In this document: positions 1 through 14,700 of the stretch, one piece after another
Numbering within the stretch: position 1 is the first letter of the stretch
Layout: every line of letters starts with the position of its first letter
Assembly (NCBI GenBank): GCA_049724395.1
Contig: JAUGWO010000136.1
Location: 62,001-126,000 of the forward strand
Source of the DNA: Spongospora subterranea f. sp. subterranea
Lineage: Eukaryota
Direction of reading: 5' to 3'
DNA length: 64,000 nucleotides
The notes under the pieces: generated by a model
The model's database searches: none
Told to the model about the DNA's origin: nothing
Seen by the model: only the letters and a program-made list of their open reading frames with translations
Made by a program: the position numbers and the translations under genes

Positions 1-3000
1 TAAACGATAATCATTGAACGATATCACTTTTCAAACACACGCTGATAGGGAGTTCACACTTCACCATTTTATCGAACGGAATATTATCGCATTGATGAAT
101 AAAAATTGTGTATATTGATCTCAATCGAACAGATTTCGCGGCGATAAATGGTGTATTGTGATGGAACAGAGAACAGGATCTCCTTTGAAATCGATTAAGG
201 ATGATAGAACACAAGACCAGACTAGCGACAGTTGAACAAACAATAGACAATCGATAGGAACCGATCTGAAAACAAACAGGGATGAGACATCGATGTTGTT
301 GATGAAGCGCAGAGAAACAATGAGGTGACTTTCTGAAACTGAAATCAAACAAACAGCGAGTATATTGTGGAATACTGACTTGATGGATTCGGACGTTGAC
401 CATTGTTGAGGTGATATTCGACTGACATCAACATTTGGTAAATTCGGTAATCAACAGTCAACGCGAGGTTCAAATGAACCGATGCGACAAGTTTCCCTGT
501 CACGAACAGTCATTTTAATAAAGCAATTGATTGAATACATATCAATTGGGGATTGATGAAATTGAAAACGAATTGAGAAAGATATAACAAAATTATAATG
601 ATTATGTGCAAATGGAGATAGCGCATGGACAAACACAAACTTTCTATGATAAAACAATGTGATTTGCCAATAAAGGAGAATCCAGAGAGATATGAGATGA
701 TGCGCCTTACGAGCTGCAGTCTCCAGTTGTGGCACCACTTTCTTTAGTTCCAGTGGAATAGGGCGAAAAATCCATTCTGGAATATATGATAAGGGGGGAG
801 GGTGAATACGATAACGGGATGACCAACCACGAAATATTTTGGCCCTGATGTTCGGGCGGGGGTTCAGAATTGAATGCAATAATGGGTTGAACCAACCACG
901 AGTTTTACACCACTTGTTTGGGTCGTGAAGTCGTAATGGATACTCTATTGCAAAGCTTGTCACTAAACCGAAAAACAGGAACAACAAAGCGATTATCACT
1001 TGTCAAAGTCTCCATGATTGGCGTCAACTCGAACATCATGAAAAGCATTTTTTGTTCGACAACGGCACGAACAGATGGAGGAACAATATTGGCGAACTCA
1101 ACTGAAACAGAAATTAGAATGCACAAACGATATCCAGAGGAACAAGTTGATGACCTGCTTTCAAAGCGAAATCGTTCCTGAGACCGGAAAATTTGGGAGG
1201 GTCAAAAGAACCTGACCACAGTTGAGTAAAACGGCGAAAAATAATCAAACAGATTTTGTCGATGACCAGCTGACCATTGAGGTGCCAACAGGCCATGAAG
1301 AAAATTTTGCGAATGGTCAAGCGAACGAAGCCGGCAACCAATGGATGAACTGATTTCAAGATATCCCCTGACACGAACAGTCAGATCGCTCAAGCAATTT
1401 TCAAGATGGAAATAGATGGGCTGGATAGCGGTTGATCATGATGGAAAATGCAACAAATTCAAATTATTAACGATGAGGTTGGAAAAGCGAATGGAAATTA
1501 ATTGTTGAGTGAAGAAAACAGAAATGTGATTGGTCGATAAAGGAGATATGCTATGAGAGATATCAGATGATTGGCCTTACGAGCTACAGACTCAAGTTGT
1601 GGCGCCACCTCGTCCAGTGCAATTGGGATAGGACCAAGATCTGGAACATTGATTAGGAAGGGAGGTGAATATGATAATGGGATGGACCAACCACATATCA
1701 TGTCCTCAGAAATAATCGGGTCGGCCACTTCCAAAGGTATTTCCCGATGGTAATCAAGTGGTACTCCACACACTATTGGAAAATTGTGTCATTACAAGCA
1801 AAACTTGAAAACAATCAAGAAAGGATTCCACATTTTAGTCTGTTGGAGTACTTGGTGAAGGTTTTCATCAATATGTCGATTACGGCAAATGCTTTATCAC
1901 TTTCAGATTCAGGGAACATGGAAATAAAAATCCCTGAGATAGAATTTTACATTTACGATCATGATTGCAACAATTTCAATCACCGATATTTGCCACGAAA
2001 TTCGACGGAATACCGGGTAGTAATGGGGCTACGAAAGGACGGTCAATTCAGTCAAAGAGCGGAATGGGGCACTAATCAGAAAATTCAAACGTTGCAAAGG
2101 CACTAACCCGTCGAGTGTGTCAGATAAAGACAATTGGTCCCCGATCACCATTTGAGGAGAAAAAATGGGAATGAAGATGAACGATGCCTCATACAAATCT
2201 TACAAAGATGTTGTTATCGAGACCGAACAGTATTGTGCAATCATCGAACAGTCGACAGAAATGAAATATGGCGTGAACTAATGACCTTTTCCGTCTTCCG
2301 CATCTTCTGATTGTTGAGATATACGAGGAAGATACTTGAGCATATGAAACGCATTATCCATATCCTGACACATGAATGTGAACAGGAGTGTCAACCTTTC
2401 AGCTTCAGACTCATCATGTTCAGATTGCGCTGTCGCCAGAAGTAAATTAAGCTCCGAAAACGTGAACCGGCGACAGAAAGTGAATCGAAGAGTAATAAGG
2501 ATGAACCAGTTTCAACAGCGAAGAAAAATTCAGGAACTCATTTTAATTATCAAATCGTGATTGAATTATACAGAGATGTTCCCATACCTGGTTGAGATGA
2601 CACTTTTGGCAACACATTGACTGCGTCAAAATGAATACGAGGATCATCTGAACCGTTGATGAGGGAAGAGTTTTGAACATATATTGGGATGGACTTACAT
2701 TTAGAGATGAGAAAGAAGTCTTTCGGGATACCTAATTGATAATCGGCAAAAGAAACAACACCGAGAGCGGCGGCTGATAAAATCAACCATATCCGCATAC
2801 TATACGGCATCTGAGTCCTGTCGCAATCCGGGTATGGCGAAAACCTCATCGACTACCAGTCAGATATGTTACAGGTTTGGACGAGTGCGAGTGTGCGAGT
2901 CAAACTTTTATGTCCGCCGGTACTGTAGTCTGTGTGACTTGGACCAGAGACTTCGGATATGGGGTACGGAGTGATAGAGAATTGATACTCTACAAAATTG

Positions 3001-5017
3001 ATAGATGATCGAAAATTGCCCAGGACCCTGTTCAATCCATGGTTTGGCGATAGTCTTCCCCTATCCTATGGATCTCATGGCCGATCAGGCTCATCAAGAA
3101 TAGTTGAGAGAGGCGATAAGATCATACGAATTCCTATTCCAGGCAATGTTTAGGGGGTAGCTGTAAAATGACCTGACAATACTGTCAGGTCATAAATATA
3201 CATGAGCTGGCTATCCAATAGCTATAATTAATTCGCTCATATTTAGAAATGTCAATTCAGAGATAGGAATTGGATCGTTGACAAAACATTCAAACAAGAT
3301 CATAACTGGTATTGGCGCGTAGACACAAACCGTTGACAACTGATAGACGTCCAACATCGTGTGAAACTTCAACCTTGTCTTTAACACCATCGACCTTATC
3401 ATAACCAGTGACAGTTGTTCAAACCCAAGTCAATATCAATCTTGGCAAACCCTTCAGATACGGTAAACATCCCCCGACCTCCTGTAAGTTTCCATCGATC
3501 CTGACATACTAGCTGGGTTAACCAATGAACGGGAGGTGTCACCCCTTGGTATTAGAGCGAGGTCTTTTCAATACACGGTAATCGTCAACTGTGGTCAACT
3601 AGTGGAATTATTTGAAAGGAATCGAGTTAAAATGGGGGACGATCATGCCAAACACGTTGTCGTTGCACTTGATTCCCAGAGAGAGAGAGAGGAACGACAC
3701 CGACATGGAGAAGGTTGTCAGTGGTCGCCAACGAGGGAGGGTGACACCTTGGATAGCGCCATCGATAGCGATATCAGGATTAAGAGGGAGCGAGACAGGT
3801 AAACAAGAGAGGGAGGATATGGTGAACATGACGACCATTAAGAACCACATCCTTTTTGACACATCTCATATTGACAATAAACCGATTAACTGATTACGTC
3901 AGACGGGTCAAGGTCCAATCGTTGACCGGGGTAAAAGTCATTGGCAATGATCAACCCAATCACGGCTGATTGTCTGGGCCAGGGTTGGTCAGTTCACACC
4001 CCGATTGCAGTTGACCTAGACCCTCCTTGTCATTACCCTTGAACCTATCGCGTCCTGACGACTTACACTCCCTGATAGGTCATGTTCATCTCCAACATCA
4101 CTATCACCATCAGTCGTTCTCAACCTCAATCGCACCGTTAACCGTTTATTAGGGGACATGGCCTTATCATCATCATCAATACTGTTCTTAGGTTTACCAT
4201 CTAGACCATAACCAAGAACAGTATCGGTTGGCTCATTCATAATAGAGACCAGCAACAGCGCGATCATCATTGGAATTAATGGAGAACCATAGAGGAGATC
4301 TGTTCGACCCGGTACTGGGTTCTAACTTCGTCGTCATTGCACTCCCCTCGAACCTCCGTCAATTCTATTGTGAATCTGTATTGAACAATATCCACGAATT
4401 CATATTTTGTTTTAAACTCAAGGACAACCTAAAATCATAATTTCCTCGATTTGCTAATCGATCATTATTTCGGGTGGGTGAGACCGGTGAAGTGGCGTTA
4501 AAGGACTATAGAAACAGGGGGAATGAGATTTATAATGATCGGTGTCAACAACGTGGTCCCTCGCAATCCACACAATCATAAATGGAATGCGATATAGAAA
4601 GCGATAACAGGCGCGTGTCTCTATATATTGGTTCAGTATCACTAAAAACCAATCAGCGACACCATATTGGAAATCAGCGATGAAAAATCCAGAGGAGTCG
4701 AGATGCATTACGGTCAGCATGTTTTGTGTGATCGCCACAATAACAGGATTAGGTTGTGTATTCGCCATCATCGTCGCCGTCTACAAAACCCCTGATATTG
4801 GTCTGATCGTCCTGGCCAGCGTCCTATTGGTGATCAACATATCGACACTATGGATTAAGGCGTGGAAATGGCGATTCATCACGTTCGCCCTGGATTGGTT
4901 CAGTTTATGCATGTTCGCCTACTACCTATATCGACCTGAACCTGATGGGGCCAGCAAGATATATTCACTGTTTTAATAATATACTACAGATACAGGATTG
5001 GTTATGAATGGAACACA

Positions 5018-5864
5018 TCACATCGCTATTAATTGCTGTATGATATTGGCCACCTTTGGCTCCACATAATCGCTGGCTTCTTCTTTTGTCACCCATAGAT
5101 AATCACAACCCGATACAGTTCCACCGACGTAGAGACTTCGCAAAAAGAACACCTGAAAAACACAAAAACAACGCATCAACAAAGTAATGAAAGTGTAAGA
5201 TGAGATCCATCGTACTTTGGACGGCGACAAGTCGGATTTCGCCTCAATCTCTAGATGTGCTAAAGGCGCCTGGCCAGTAAAGGACGCCTCAACATCTGTC
5301 ACACACTCTGAAAGAGCTCTTTCAGCTGTTTGCCTAATGGTTTCCGATTCGTCAGTCCACATTGATTGTGGCAGATCCCATTTCCCATTAATGTTCTTGA
5401 TGATCAGCAATAATGACCGATCCAGCTTCCTGTTCACCGATGTTCGCACATCGTTCACATCATCCTTTTGTGAGCCACAATCAGCCCAATATATATTGAA
5501 TTTTATCAATGACCCAAACCTCAGTTATACGAGGTGCCGGCGTGAAGGTTTTCTTCAGTTTAACCATATCGGGTTCCGCCATTCTATCATCCAATCGTTT
5601 CTTGAGGAACGTCGGAATAGGTTTAGTGAACCTACGTTTGGTTTCAGCATATCGATCGTGTGTCTTATGTATATTGGTGAATTACCTCTGGTTCAATGAC
5701 GCTTGCATATCCTCAAATTCGGCTTCCCACGGCTCGGGATCCGGTATAATCACAGGCAGTCTTTCAACAATAGTCGACACCAATATTCGACATGTATTCG
5801 AGGATGATGAAAATGCCAATCGACCGCCAGTCGAACGCCAAAATTGTCGACTGATCATGGCCAT
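5018..5864 (-). CDS. MRPL46: Mitochondrial large ribosomal subunit protein mL46 (multi-exon)
   Basis: N-terminal transit-like peptide, then VERLPVIIPDPEPWEAEF. C-terminal Nudix-like block LDRSLLLIIK...WDLPQ...ETIRQTAERAL...VFFLRS...DYLWVTKEE. Confidence 0.8.
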
Positions 5865-6543
5865 GAGCCAGTTATCACTGATCTTAATGTTTCAGGTGCC
5901 CGTTAATGTTAACAGGATCAGGGTAACGAGATCACAACTCACGTCAAGTGACGGCCTTTTCACTGTCAGCAGTGCGACCTGTAGTGTATGTTGTGGTGAC
6001 AGTCGGGACATGACGCCATATTGCGTTGCTCGATGGGAACGGCGCCACATTCTCTTGCAGGGTCTTATTGATGAACATGATGGCGACCGACAAAGATGGC
6101 GGCCAATAACTCTTTTGAAAACGGAGATCTAACGCGACGTCTTTACCCGCGTGCTGTAATCATAATTTTTCCGTTCATGATCCTGCTAATGTGTTTGCGT
6201 CACCGAGTCGCTCGTATTGGTTGAGATGTGTTGCATCATGAGGCGTGACGCAACCGCATTGGGCCAGGCGAGTTGACGATATGTCTTGTATGGCATTGGC
6301 ACGGCGGGCGGTTTCGCATCTCAAAAAACATTCCTGATACGTCGCAGGGGCCGGTTCTCGGATCAGCGACAGTCGAACAACGTGGGTCGTCCAGGCGATC
6401 GAGCCGCCAGAGATCGCCGATTTGATACCGCATAATCACCGCGTTATAGTGAATCCCTGGAATAATTGATAAAAACAAATATAAGGGGGTCAACCCGTAT
6501 ATTGCCCAACGCGATGTAATATTGTCAATGCCACAACTGCACA

Positions 6544-9500
6544 TTATTTCTGTTTATTCTTGTTTAAGCAGACGAGCAATACATAGCCGATAGCGCGATA
6601 ACATATTCCCAATATCATCATTACAATCACATCCTTAGCGAACTGGTCTTGTTTGTACCTGAGATGGCGCCACAGACCCGATCAACAACAGGCTATATTG
6701 ATATGATTGAGTCATTGAACCCCACCCATTGACATTATTCGACAGATCGTATATTGATTTATACGGCTGGGACGAGAGTCCATCTGTTCCAACAATCAGA
6801 TCGTGTTCAAGATGATTCCCCGTTATTGATTGACATACAATGGGCATCAGCCGCCCATCTATTAGGGCCGATATTGAATAGCCATTCAATACCATAGGAT
6901 CTCGCTTGAGGTAATGTGATACCGAAACCACAATTAACGGCCATGAACAGCGATAACAGGACCGCTAGTAAACCGGCCGTCTGGCGTTTAACGATCATCG
7001 ACACGATGACCGAGATCCCATAGACACAGAAGAATTGGAGATAGATGATGAGGAAGAAGGGGAATATGGAATATGGAGGATGGCCGATAAACAGGTAAAC
7101 ACCAGCGAAATGGGCTGACGATAATCCAATACGATAGATGACGCTCATGGTCTTCGCCTGAACAGTATCGACAGATCAGCGATTGATGGAAGAGGATTAC
7201 AGGTTGGACCAGATAATAGGCGATCGTGTTATGACCAGATCCCGCTTCCCTCCAATAGATCGCCTTCTCTTCCGCGAATACGGCGACACCCGGTGGAGCA
7301 GCGGCCAACGCGATCGACATTCCGATCAACATTCCATCTGGATCATTGGAGTTATTGAACATTGGGAACAGGTCGAGACCGGTTCCATACACAATCCCAG
7401 GAACCAATATGTTGGCGCTTTTGACAGTAAACTATAGGGCTCGATCAACATTCCACTGAAGGTCTCCTCGTAATCGGCGACCGATACGCCCATGATGAGA
7501 CCGGCGAAAGCGGCACAGAACGTCTCAACCCATAAACTGTTGCTATCTCGTGATTGCTGGCGCAGTGACCGATTATGGCAATGCCAGAACTGAGCTAGGA
7601 ATGTGCCACCTCGTCCACCAACCACCGTTTTCTTCCATTGTCTGAATCGCTTCTAGATCAGGCGGTTTCTCTTCCTCTGCGATCCCGTTCGCTTGTTCGA
7701 ACTTGCTCACCAGTTCCGATGCGGTTAGACACGATTGCCCATTGACCCGTTGACCTCGTCCAGCCAATATATCCATGAAAATATCGGCCGGATTCGCCTC
7801 CATATTGAACTCATAACCCAGCGCCTCAAAATACGACCGCGCCGCATTCGCTGGACCGAAATAAGCTGTTCGCCCTCCCGGGACCAGCAGAATCACGTCG
7901 TCAAATTTGGAGAATATCTCAACACGTGGCTGATGAATAACGGCCACGATCGTTAATCCAATACGGGATATCGATCTGAGGATTTCGGCAACGTCCAACG
8001 CCGATGTGGAGTCCAAACCCGATGTTGGCTCGTCCAAAAACAAGGCGATCGGAACGGCGGCTAACTCCATTCCGATATTGACCCGTTTTCGTTGACCACC
8101 GGATATTCCTCGTGTCATTTCATCGCCAATGATCGAATCGGATATGTTCTGAAGTCTGTTTTGGGGGAAAGCGCGGTCAGAATTGGGGCGTGTCGGTCGT
8201 TATCCAGATATTGCTGTGCCCGACCCGAGTGACTTCAGTATTCCATCAACATGAGATTCGATGGATTCGGTCGTCCATGAGCTGGGAAGGCGCATCCGAG
8301 CTGAATGTTGTATCACCTCTTGTACGGTTAGATCACGATGCATCACATCTTCCTGTATTGCCACAACACGATCCCAATCAATCACAATATTCCCTCAACA
8401 GCCAATCAAACGACGTACCTGAGGGACATAACCGATAATCCGTTTGAAATCTCTCATATTGGATGTGACGCCATTGATTTTCACATCACCTCCCGTATGA
8501 GCTAATTTCCCCATCAACACGTTCATGAACGTCGTCTCTGTAATCGAACCACAATCAGCCTCGACCCTGTTTTCCAACACGAGTTCAAGTGCCAATCGGT
8601 GAACCTACTTCCAGCACCAGATGGGCCCATTACAGCCGTCATTCGTTTAGGGATAATCCTCCCGGTCACCCCCATCAATATCGTCTCCCCTGTCGCCAGA
8701 TGATACGACAGATTATCGAACTGGAACTCCATCTGCAGATTGCGTCGTCCATTGAATCCGCGTTCGAATGCCTCAACGAGCTTCAACGTGGAGTTTGTTC
8801 CAGTTCCTTGTTCTGTCGTTCCAGTCCCTTGTTCTGTCGTTCCAGTTCCTGATTGTGTTGTTCCAGGTCCTAATTCTGTTGTTCCAGGTCCTAATTCTGT
8901 TGTTCCAGGTCCTAATTCTGTTGTTCCAGGTCCTGGTTCTCTCGTTTTGCTGCTAACTCTGATATCAACCTCCTTCATTGACAATATGGCATTTGTGGGA
9001 GAATTGTCCCGTTGAGTAATGGGATCATGGAGACCTTTAAGGCCGTTTGGTCTGGTTTTGTGATAGTAGCGGTTAACGGCCCTGGATAATATGAGCAGCA
9101 ATAGGAACAGGTCGATGATGATGGCGAGTAATAAAAGCCCATAATGCTGTTGAGTGACCGATCCCAAAGGACAATACGACATGAACTCGCATTGGACTGG
9201 AACTGATGTGCCAGATACACAATAATGGCCATCTGGACTATAAAACACGATCAGGGACCCGTACACAATAACACGATGAACGGGGGGATATAATCACCAG
9301 GGATAGATAGCCGATGGATTAGGGCAATAGAATCCAGGAAGACAGGGAACGGGCTCATATCGCCCTTGAGGCTATCATCATTCACCGATTAGAATGGAGA
9401 TGATCGAGGGAGAGGCGATCACTAACAAGACAGGTTCTCATGGCGGCGATCCGCCTGATAAAACAATTAGGATCGGGGGGACAGACCACCATTCGGGAAT

Positions 9501-9926
9501 AGGAGAGATTCGGGTGGATAAATGGGCAATAGAAACCGGTGGAACACTGATTGAGCTGATCCGGACCGATCAACGGCAAACCAGATGAGCTGTTGGGTGA
9601 GATAAAACACCCATATCCAATGGCGTTAGTCTTTATCGCTGGCAGAATATCGGGGAGAATATAATCATGACCTCGGTGAGGAGGGTTCGCACCGAATATC
9701 GACAGGGGATTAACGGGTTCTGCTCGCAATTCTTCATCGTCGCCCATTACGGTCAGGTCGCGATGACCCAGTTCCAGATGAAGATCAGTTATATTAGAAC
9801 TTGAGACAGTACCTGATTAATGATCGGATCAACACATTTATTGAGTGAATAACTGACCACGGAACTCAACAGATATCATCTGGATCATCATCAGGATATC
9901 GCCAGGATCGTGATGGCGATGACCAT
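6544..9926 (-). CDS. ABCG (White-family) half transporter with Cys-rich extracellular N-terminus (multi-exon; start uncertain)
   Basis: Walker A GPSGAG|KTT split by an intron, GYVPQ, ISGGQRKRVNIGMEL, FLDEPTSGLDS, VIHQP. TM domain EKAIYWREA; C-terminus ...YRAIGYVLLVCLNKNKQK* with stop at 6544. Upstream CxxGFYCP repeats. Confidence 0.9.
8796..8940. repeat. Coding 21-bp minisatellite (~7 units) inside the ABCG gene
   Basis: Units such as gttgttccaggtcctaattct, translating on the minus strand as PGTTELG / TGTTEQG. Confidence 0.9.
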
Positions 9927-10724
9927 GATGAAACAGCTATGAGCAGGGGAGGCGGGGAAGAAGAATGTGTGGGACAAATCAGAGATATCCCTCAACAAAT
10001 CGGCAATGATAACGATTGAACCACCAAAACCCACCAGAACATGATAATGGTGAAGGTTCCAAAGACCTGATTGGATATCGCTAACCACATTTGTGCTTTG
10101 TTTTATTGACTGCTTAGGCCTCTCTAGACGACCGCCATGTTCAGTCTCTAATCATCACTTTATCGTCAACCACGTTATGTTCCTTTCAATACGATTTGAG
10201 TTGAACGAAAAAAAATCGACTCGTCTTGATCTGCGTAAATCATGTTGATTACTGGAACAACCGCCTTATTAGGTTGAATCCTCTTCATGTGATCAACACA
10301 TCGTTAGGAGGGATGTCCCTTGACAGGTCATCCTTATGGTCTAAGGTTCGTGACACAATTAACACATCACTATATAAATGGAATTCGATATCAGGCGACA
10401 ATTGTTTAACGATGCCGTATTAAGCAGTAAGATATTGATCGGTTTCGTGATCAGTTTATTCTGAGATATGGGTCATGTACCACCATCATATTCGGGCGAA
10501 GATATTGATCCTCAAAGGTGGTTGGTCCAACACCCCGATAATATCTATCTGGCAAACTGCTCCCCCGACTATTTGATTGCCCATTAGACCATGATCACCA
10601 CCTGATTATGGTGAACACCTTATCAGGACATATTCATGGTCATTAATATTCGTCAAACCCCAAATGGATAATATCAATCAGCGTAAGGAGTCGGTTTGAA
10701 CGAACCTGAACGATATCGACTGAA

Positions 10725-11375
10725 TTGAGAATCGTTGTAGTGTTCTTGATAATCGGATCGATATTCATTTTGATGGTATTGGGGGCGGTATTTCAGCTCA
10801 GGCCAAGGAACTATATGGATATTGATGAGGCAAGTGTGATTAGAGCAAGGAAAAGGCGATCGGAAAGGAAAAGGGAAGCGCTAGAGATACAGGCTTATGA
10901 GCTAGCGATGCAGCTGGCTGAAACTAGAGAGGCGATTGAGGATGAACGCAGGAGAACGGAGATCAATGAGGAGACGAGACGGGAGATGAGGAGGAAGAGG
11001 AAGGGGAGGAGAAAGATGGGGAGATTGAGGCGATGGATGAAGGGGGATGGCGATCATCATCATCGACATGTGTCTGTGGAGATGGGTTCGGATCTTGGAA
11101 TGGAATTGGACCGGAACAGTGTTCAGATCGCCATTGATACCGCTAGACGGGATCAGGATGGAGATGATGATGATGATGATGGGTATTCCACATCAATTAC
11201 CGATAGATCAACCACAACTCAAGCGTCGTGTTCTTCATTAAAGGGAGAAGGTGAAGGGAGAACAGGATCACATCTGAACGATAAGGAGAAGCCCTCAACA
11301 ATATATCCAGGGAAAACCAAAAACATTATCATTCCATATCTAGATCTACAGAATGTCATAAGACCGATATCATAA
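10725..11375 (+). CDS. Hypothetical single-pass membrane protein with charged coiled coil (probably the last exon)
   Basis: 216-aa ORF: hydrophobic segment, R/E/K-rich helix, acidic and Ser/Thr-rich tail. Confidence 0.5.
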   Translation: MRIVVVFLIIGSIFILMVLGAVFQLRPRNYMDIDEASVIRARKRRSERKREALEIQAYELAMQLAETREAIEDERRRTEINEETRREMRRKRKGRRKMGRLRRWMKGDGDHHHRHVSVEMGSDLGMELDRNSVQIAIDTARRDQDGDDDDDDGYSTSITDRSTTTQASCSSLKGEGEGRTGSHLNDKEKPSTIYPGKTKNIIIPYLDLQNVIRPIS

Positions 11376-11705
11376 TTTTATTATAAATCTAACACCATAA
11401 CTATATTTCTATGATTAAGATGACGATTACAATTAAATTAAGTAAACACTGATGATACAACTGCTGAAGGGAAACTACAATCAGGTATCACAAATCATCA
11501 AATCGATAGTAAATCGTGAACTACTTCAAGATGATGACAGTGATTCCTGATCAAAAAATTAATCGAGTAGTCCGATAAGGAATATGGAGATGATGTTGGT
11601 CAAACCCAAATACCCGATTAGGTGAATAAGGATGAAAAGGGGCACGCGATCGCTGCTTTGTATGGCCCAGTATGAACTAGACCAACCCCATCGCTAGTCA
11701 ATTGA

Positions 11706-14700
11706 ATGGGCGATGAAACCGTCCGGGTTGTGGTGAGATGTCGGCCGTTCAATTCCAGGGAGATATCGGCCAGATATGGAGCCTGCGTTAGAGTATCTCA
11801 TGAATTACACCAGATTGAATTGATCAAGTCCAATGAAGACGCCAATCCTGATAAATCTTTCACATTTGATGCAGTTTACGATGTGGATTCAACTCAACAT
11901 CAAGGTCGTCTAGTTATCGTCTCAGCACATGGTGGTGAAAACTGAATTGTTTGACCCAGTGTTTATGGACGTTGGTTATCCAATGGTGAATTCGATCATG
12001 GAAGGTGAGGACGAACAGGACACCGGACTAAGTCATCTGGCAATCGATGAGCTGAACACTCCTGAACAGGGTATAACGGGACGATATTCGCATATGGTCA
12101 AACAGGATGTGGTAAAACTTTCACAATGGAGGGATTACCATCACCTGTTGAGATGAGGGGTGTCATTCCATCCTGTTTTAGCCGGATATTCGCCTGCATT
12201 GCCAACGATCCCGATCGGCAGTTTCTAGTGTCAGCCTCGTATATTGAGATATACAATGAAGAAGTTAGGGATTTGATCGGGGACGATCCCAAAGCCAAAC
12301 TCGATTTGAAAGAGAGCCCGGATAAGGGCGTGTTCGTTCAAGGACTGACACAGAATGTGGTGACGAACGTTGACGATATCGATGCCCTGCAGAAGAAAGG
12401 GAATAAATGCCGATCGATCGGATTCACCAAGATGAACGCGGATTCGTCAAGATCGCACTCGATATTCATCATCAGGATCGAGGGACGTGAAACCGACCCG
12501 GGAACGGGAAGGGAACGAATTCGCGCTGGGAAGTTGAACCTGGTTGATCTAGCTGGGAGTGAGCGACAAAGTAAAACAGCGGCGGAAGGCGCACGATTGA
12601 AAGAAGCCACGAAGATCAACCTGTCGCTTTCGGCATTGGGGAATGTGATTTCAGCGCTAACGAGTTCAACAAAGAACAAACACATTCCGTATCGGTAAGC
12701 GAGGAATATGAAGGTGACGATGGCAGATGTAGGAGCGGGATTGAGATTTGGCTTAGGGACAGTAAATTAACTCGGCTATTGCAAGATTCATTAGGAGGGA
12801 ATACGAGAACAGTGATGTTGGCGGCAATATCACCAAGTGAGGACGCCTATGATGAGACGTTAACTACATTAAGATACGCTAACAGGACCAAGAATATCAA
12901 GAATAAACCAGGTCAGGTTCAGGATTCGGCCACCAGCTTGACCGGGTCACTTATTCAATTGCAGTTGTGAATGAGGACCCGAAAGATACAATGTTAAGAC
13001 AATATCAAGAGGAGATAACGCGATTGAAAACAATGCTGGAACGGCAACAGGTTCTGCCAATAACGATGGAAATCGGTGATCAGGCGGAAGTGCCAACAGT
13101 CGCAATGAGCAATGATGAGATTCAGCGATTGAAACAGGAGTTCATAGAACAGCATGAGGTTAAGGCTAGAGATCTTGAAGCCGATAGAGAAAGAACAGTT
13201 CAGCTCCAACAGCGCTTACAACAGGAATGGGAATTGGTCCAGGAGGAAAGAAACGCCATTGCAATCCACAGGTGGTTCTTGAGGATGAGTCGAAATCGTA
13301 ACTGACCGATGTGTGTTGGGCGATTGATTAGGAAGACGGGAAGTATTGTGCAGATAGAGGAGCCAGACGAGGAACTGATCAATGCCCAATATGAACTAGA
13401 GATAGCTATGGATCAGAACGCGGAGCGGGGAGCTGTTCTAGATTCACAATTACTAGATGTGATGAATGTGATTGAGATTGAAGATAAAATGACCGTCGAC
13501 GAATTTAAACAGATCATCGATGCAAAAGAACAGGAAATATCTCGGACTGAAGCCGAAAGTCAAATGATTCAGGTTTGTTGAGCTTTGCGAAAATGTTATG
13601 AGGAATATTCTGAATCAGTCTGGGGTGTAGGCGCAATTACAAGAGCAATATTTTGCAACGGAAGCGGAAAAGAAGCGTTTGGAGGAGAGTTTGGCGTTAT
13701 TGGAGTCGCAGGTTATTGCTGGTGGGCAACAGGTTCAGAATGTGAAGGCACAACATGAGATGGAGCTGATGGAGGCTGAAAGGAGGATTATAGAGCAGCA
13801 ACAGCAACAGGAGACCTTAGCGCAAGAGAAGAGAAAAGCGGATGAAGAAAAGGTCATTGGGGTCATCCATAGGGAATCATGGGCCTGACCAATGATCGTG
13901 CAGATACTTTTGCAAGAACATTTCGGGTCATTGCAGGAAGAGGTAGAGACATCTAGGGATAAACTGAAAGCGCTTCAGGCCAAATATACCAGTGCATTAT
14001 CAGAGAATGAAGATCTTCAGAAGGAGTTCGAAAGGGAACGAGATGAGTTGGGTTTTAACGGCAATTGATAGATAGATACAGTGATTAAGATAGTGTGATA
14101 GGGCATTGGAAATTATTCGCGTCGCAAATCGTGATGTAGAATTGTACAAGACAATCGTAACAAATATAATATCAGGCAGAGCATTGGATAAAGTAATTCG
14201 TGCTGCTAAATGGGACGAAGATGAGGAGCTATGGAGTATTCCCAAATCTGCTCTCAGCTCGTGTTTTCCTTCGCAGCCGATTCCGGATTCGTCAACGATG
14301 AAATTTTCGAAACGAGATGACACCATTGATACAGACAGCAATGGGTTTTCGAACCTGAACGCCCCTGCATCCAGCAACACGCGAAGAAAACCAAGATCAA
14401 CATCTGGACAACGCAAGACAACAAATGATGATCGATTTGCTGAAGATAGAAGGAAGATTGTATCATCAGAAACCCGGAGTTGCCTTCTTTCAAAACTGGA
14501 TCAAACGATGCCCATTCGATCTACGCCAATTCCAGCTCCAATCAAACGTTGGAGCAGATCACAGTCAGTTCTGAACCAAATCACAAACAGTGATTTTGAT
14601 GCTCCGCCAACGTCTGCGACGAATATTCTCGAGAATTTTTTGAAGGAGTTGCCACCCAGAAATCGGGCGACATTCGTCGTGGCGAATACCGTCAGTTTGA

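Noticed and set aside
3168..3193. 11-bp perfect hairpin atgacctgaca-atac-tgtcaggtcat
   Set aside because: Isolated and short, with no partner or supporting context; a bacterial-type terminator is not relevant here.
2372..4976. Short ORFs with signal-peptide or TM-like stretches (3608-3862, 4016-4270, 4680-4976)
   Set aside because: They may be exons of real genes, but I found no recognisable motifs and could not build a consistent model.
5217..6132. Long plus-strand ORFs opposite mL46 (likewise 14501-15055, 50484-50960)
   Set aside because: Antisense shadows of real genes with no independent coding signal.
7620..7712. Frameshift in the ABCG gene between ORFs 7573-8118 and 7326-7625
   Set aside because: A plausible 58-nt GTGAG...CTGATCTAG intron restores the frame (ASEL|KRFRQWKKTVVGGRG).
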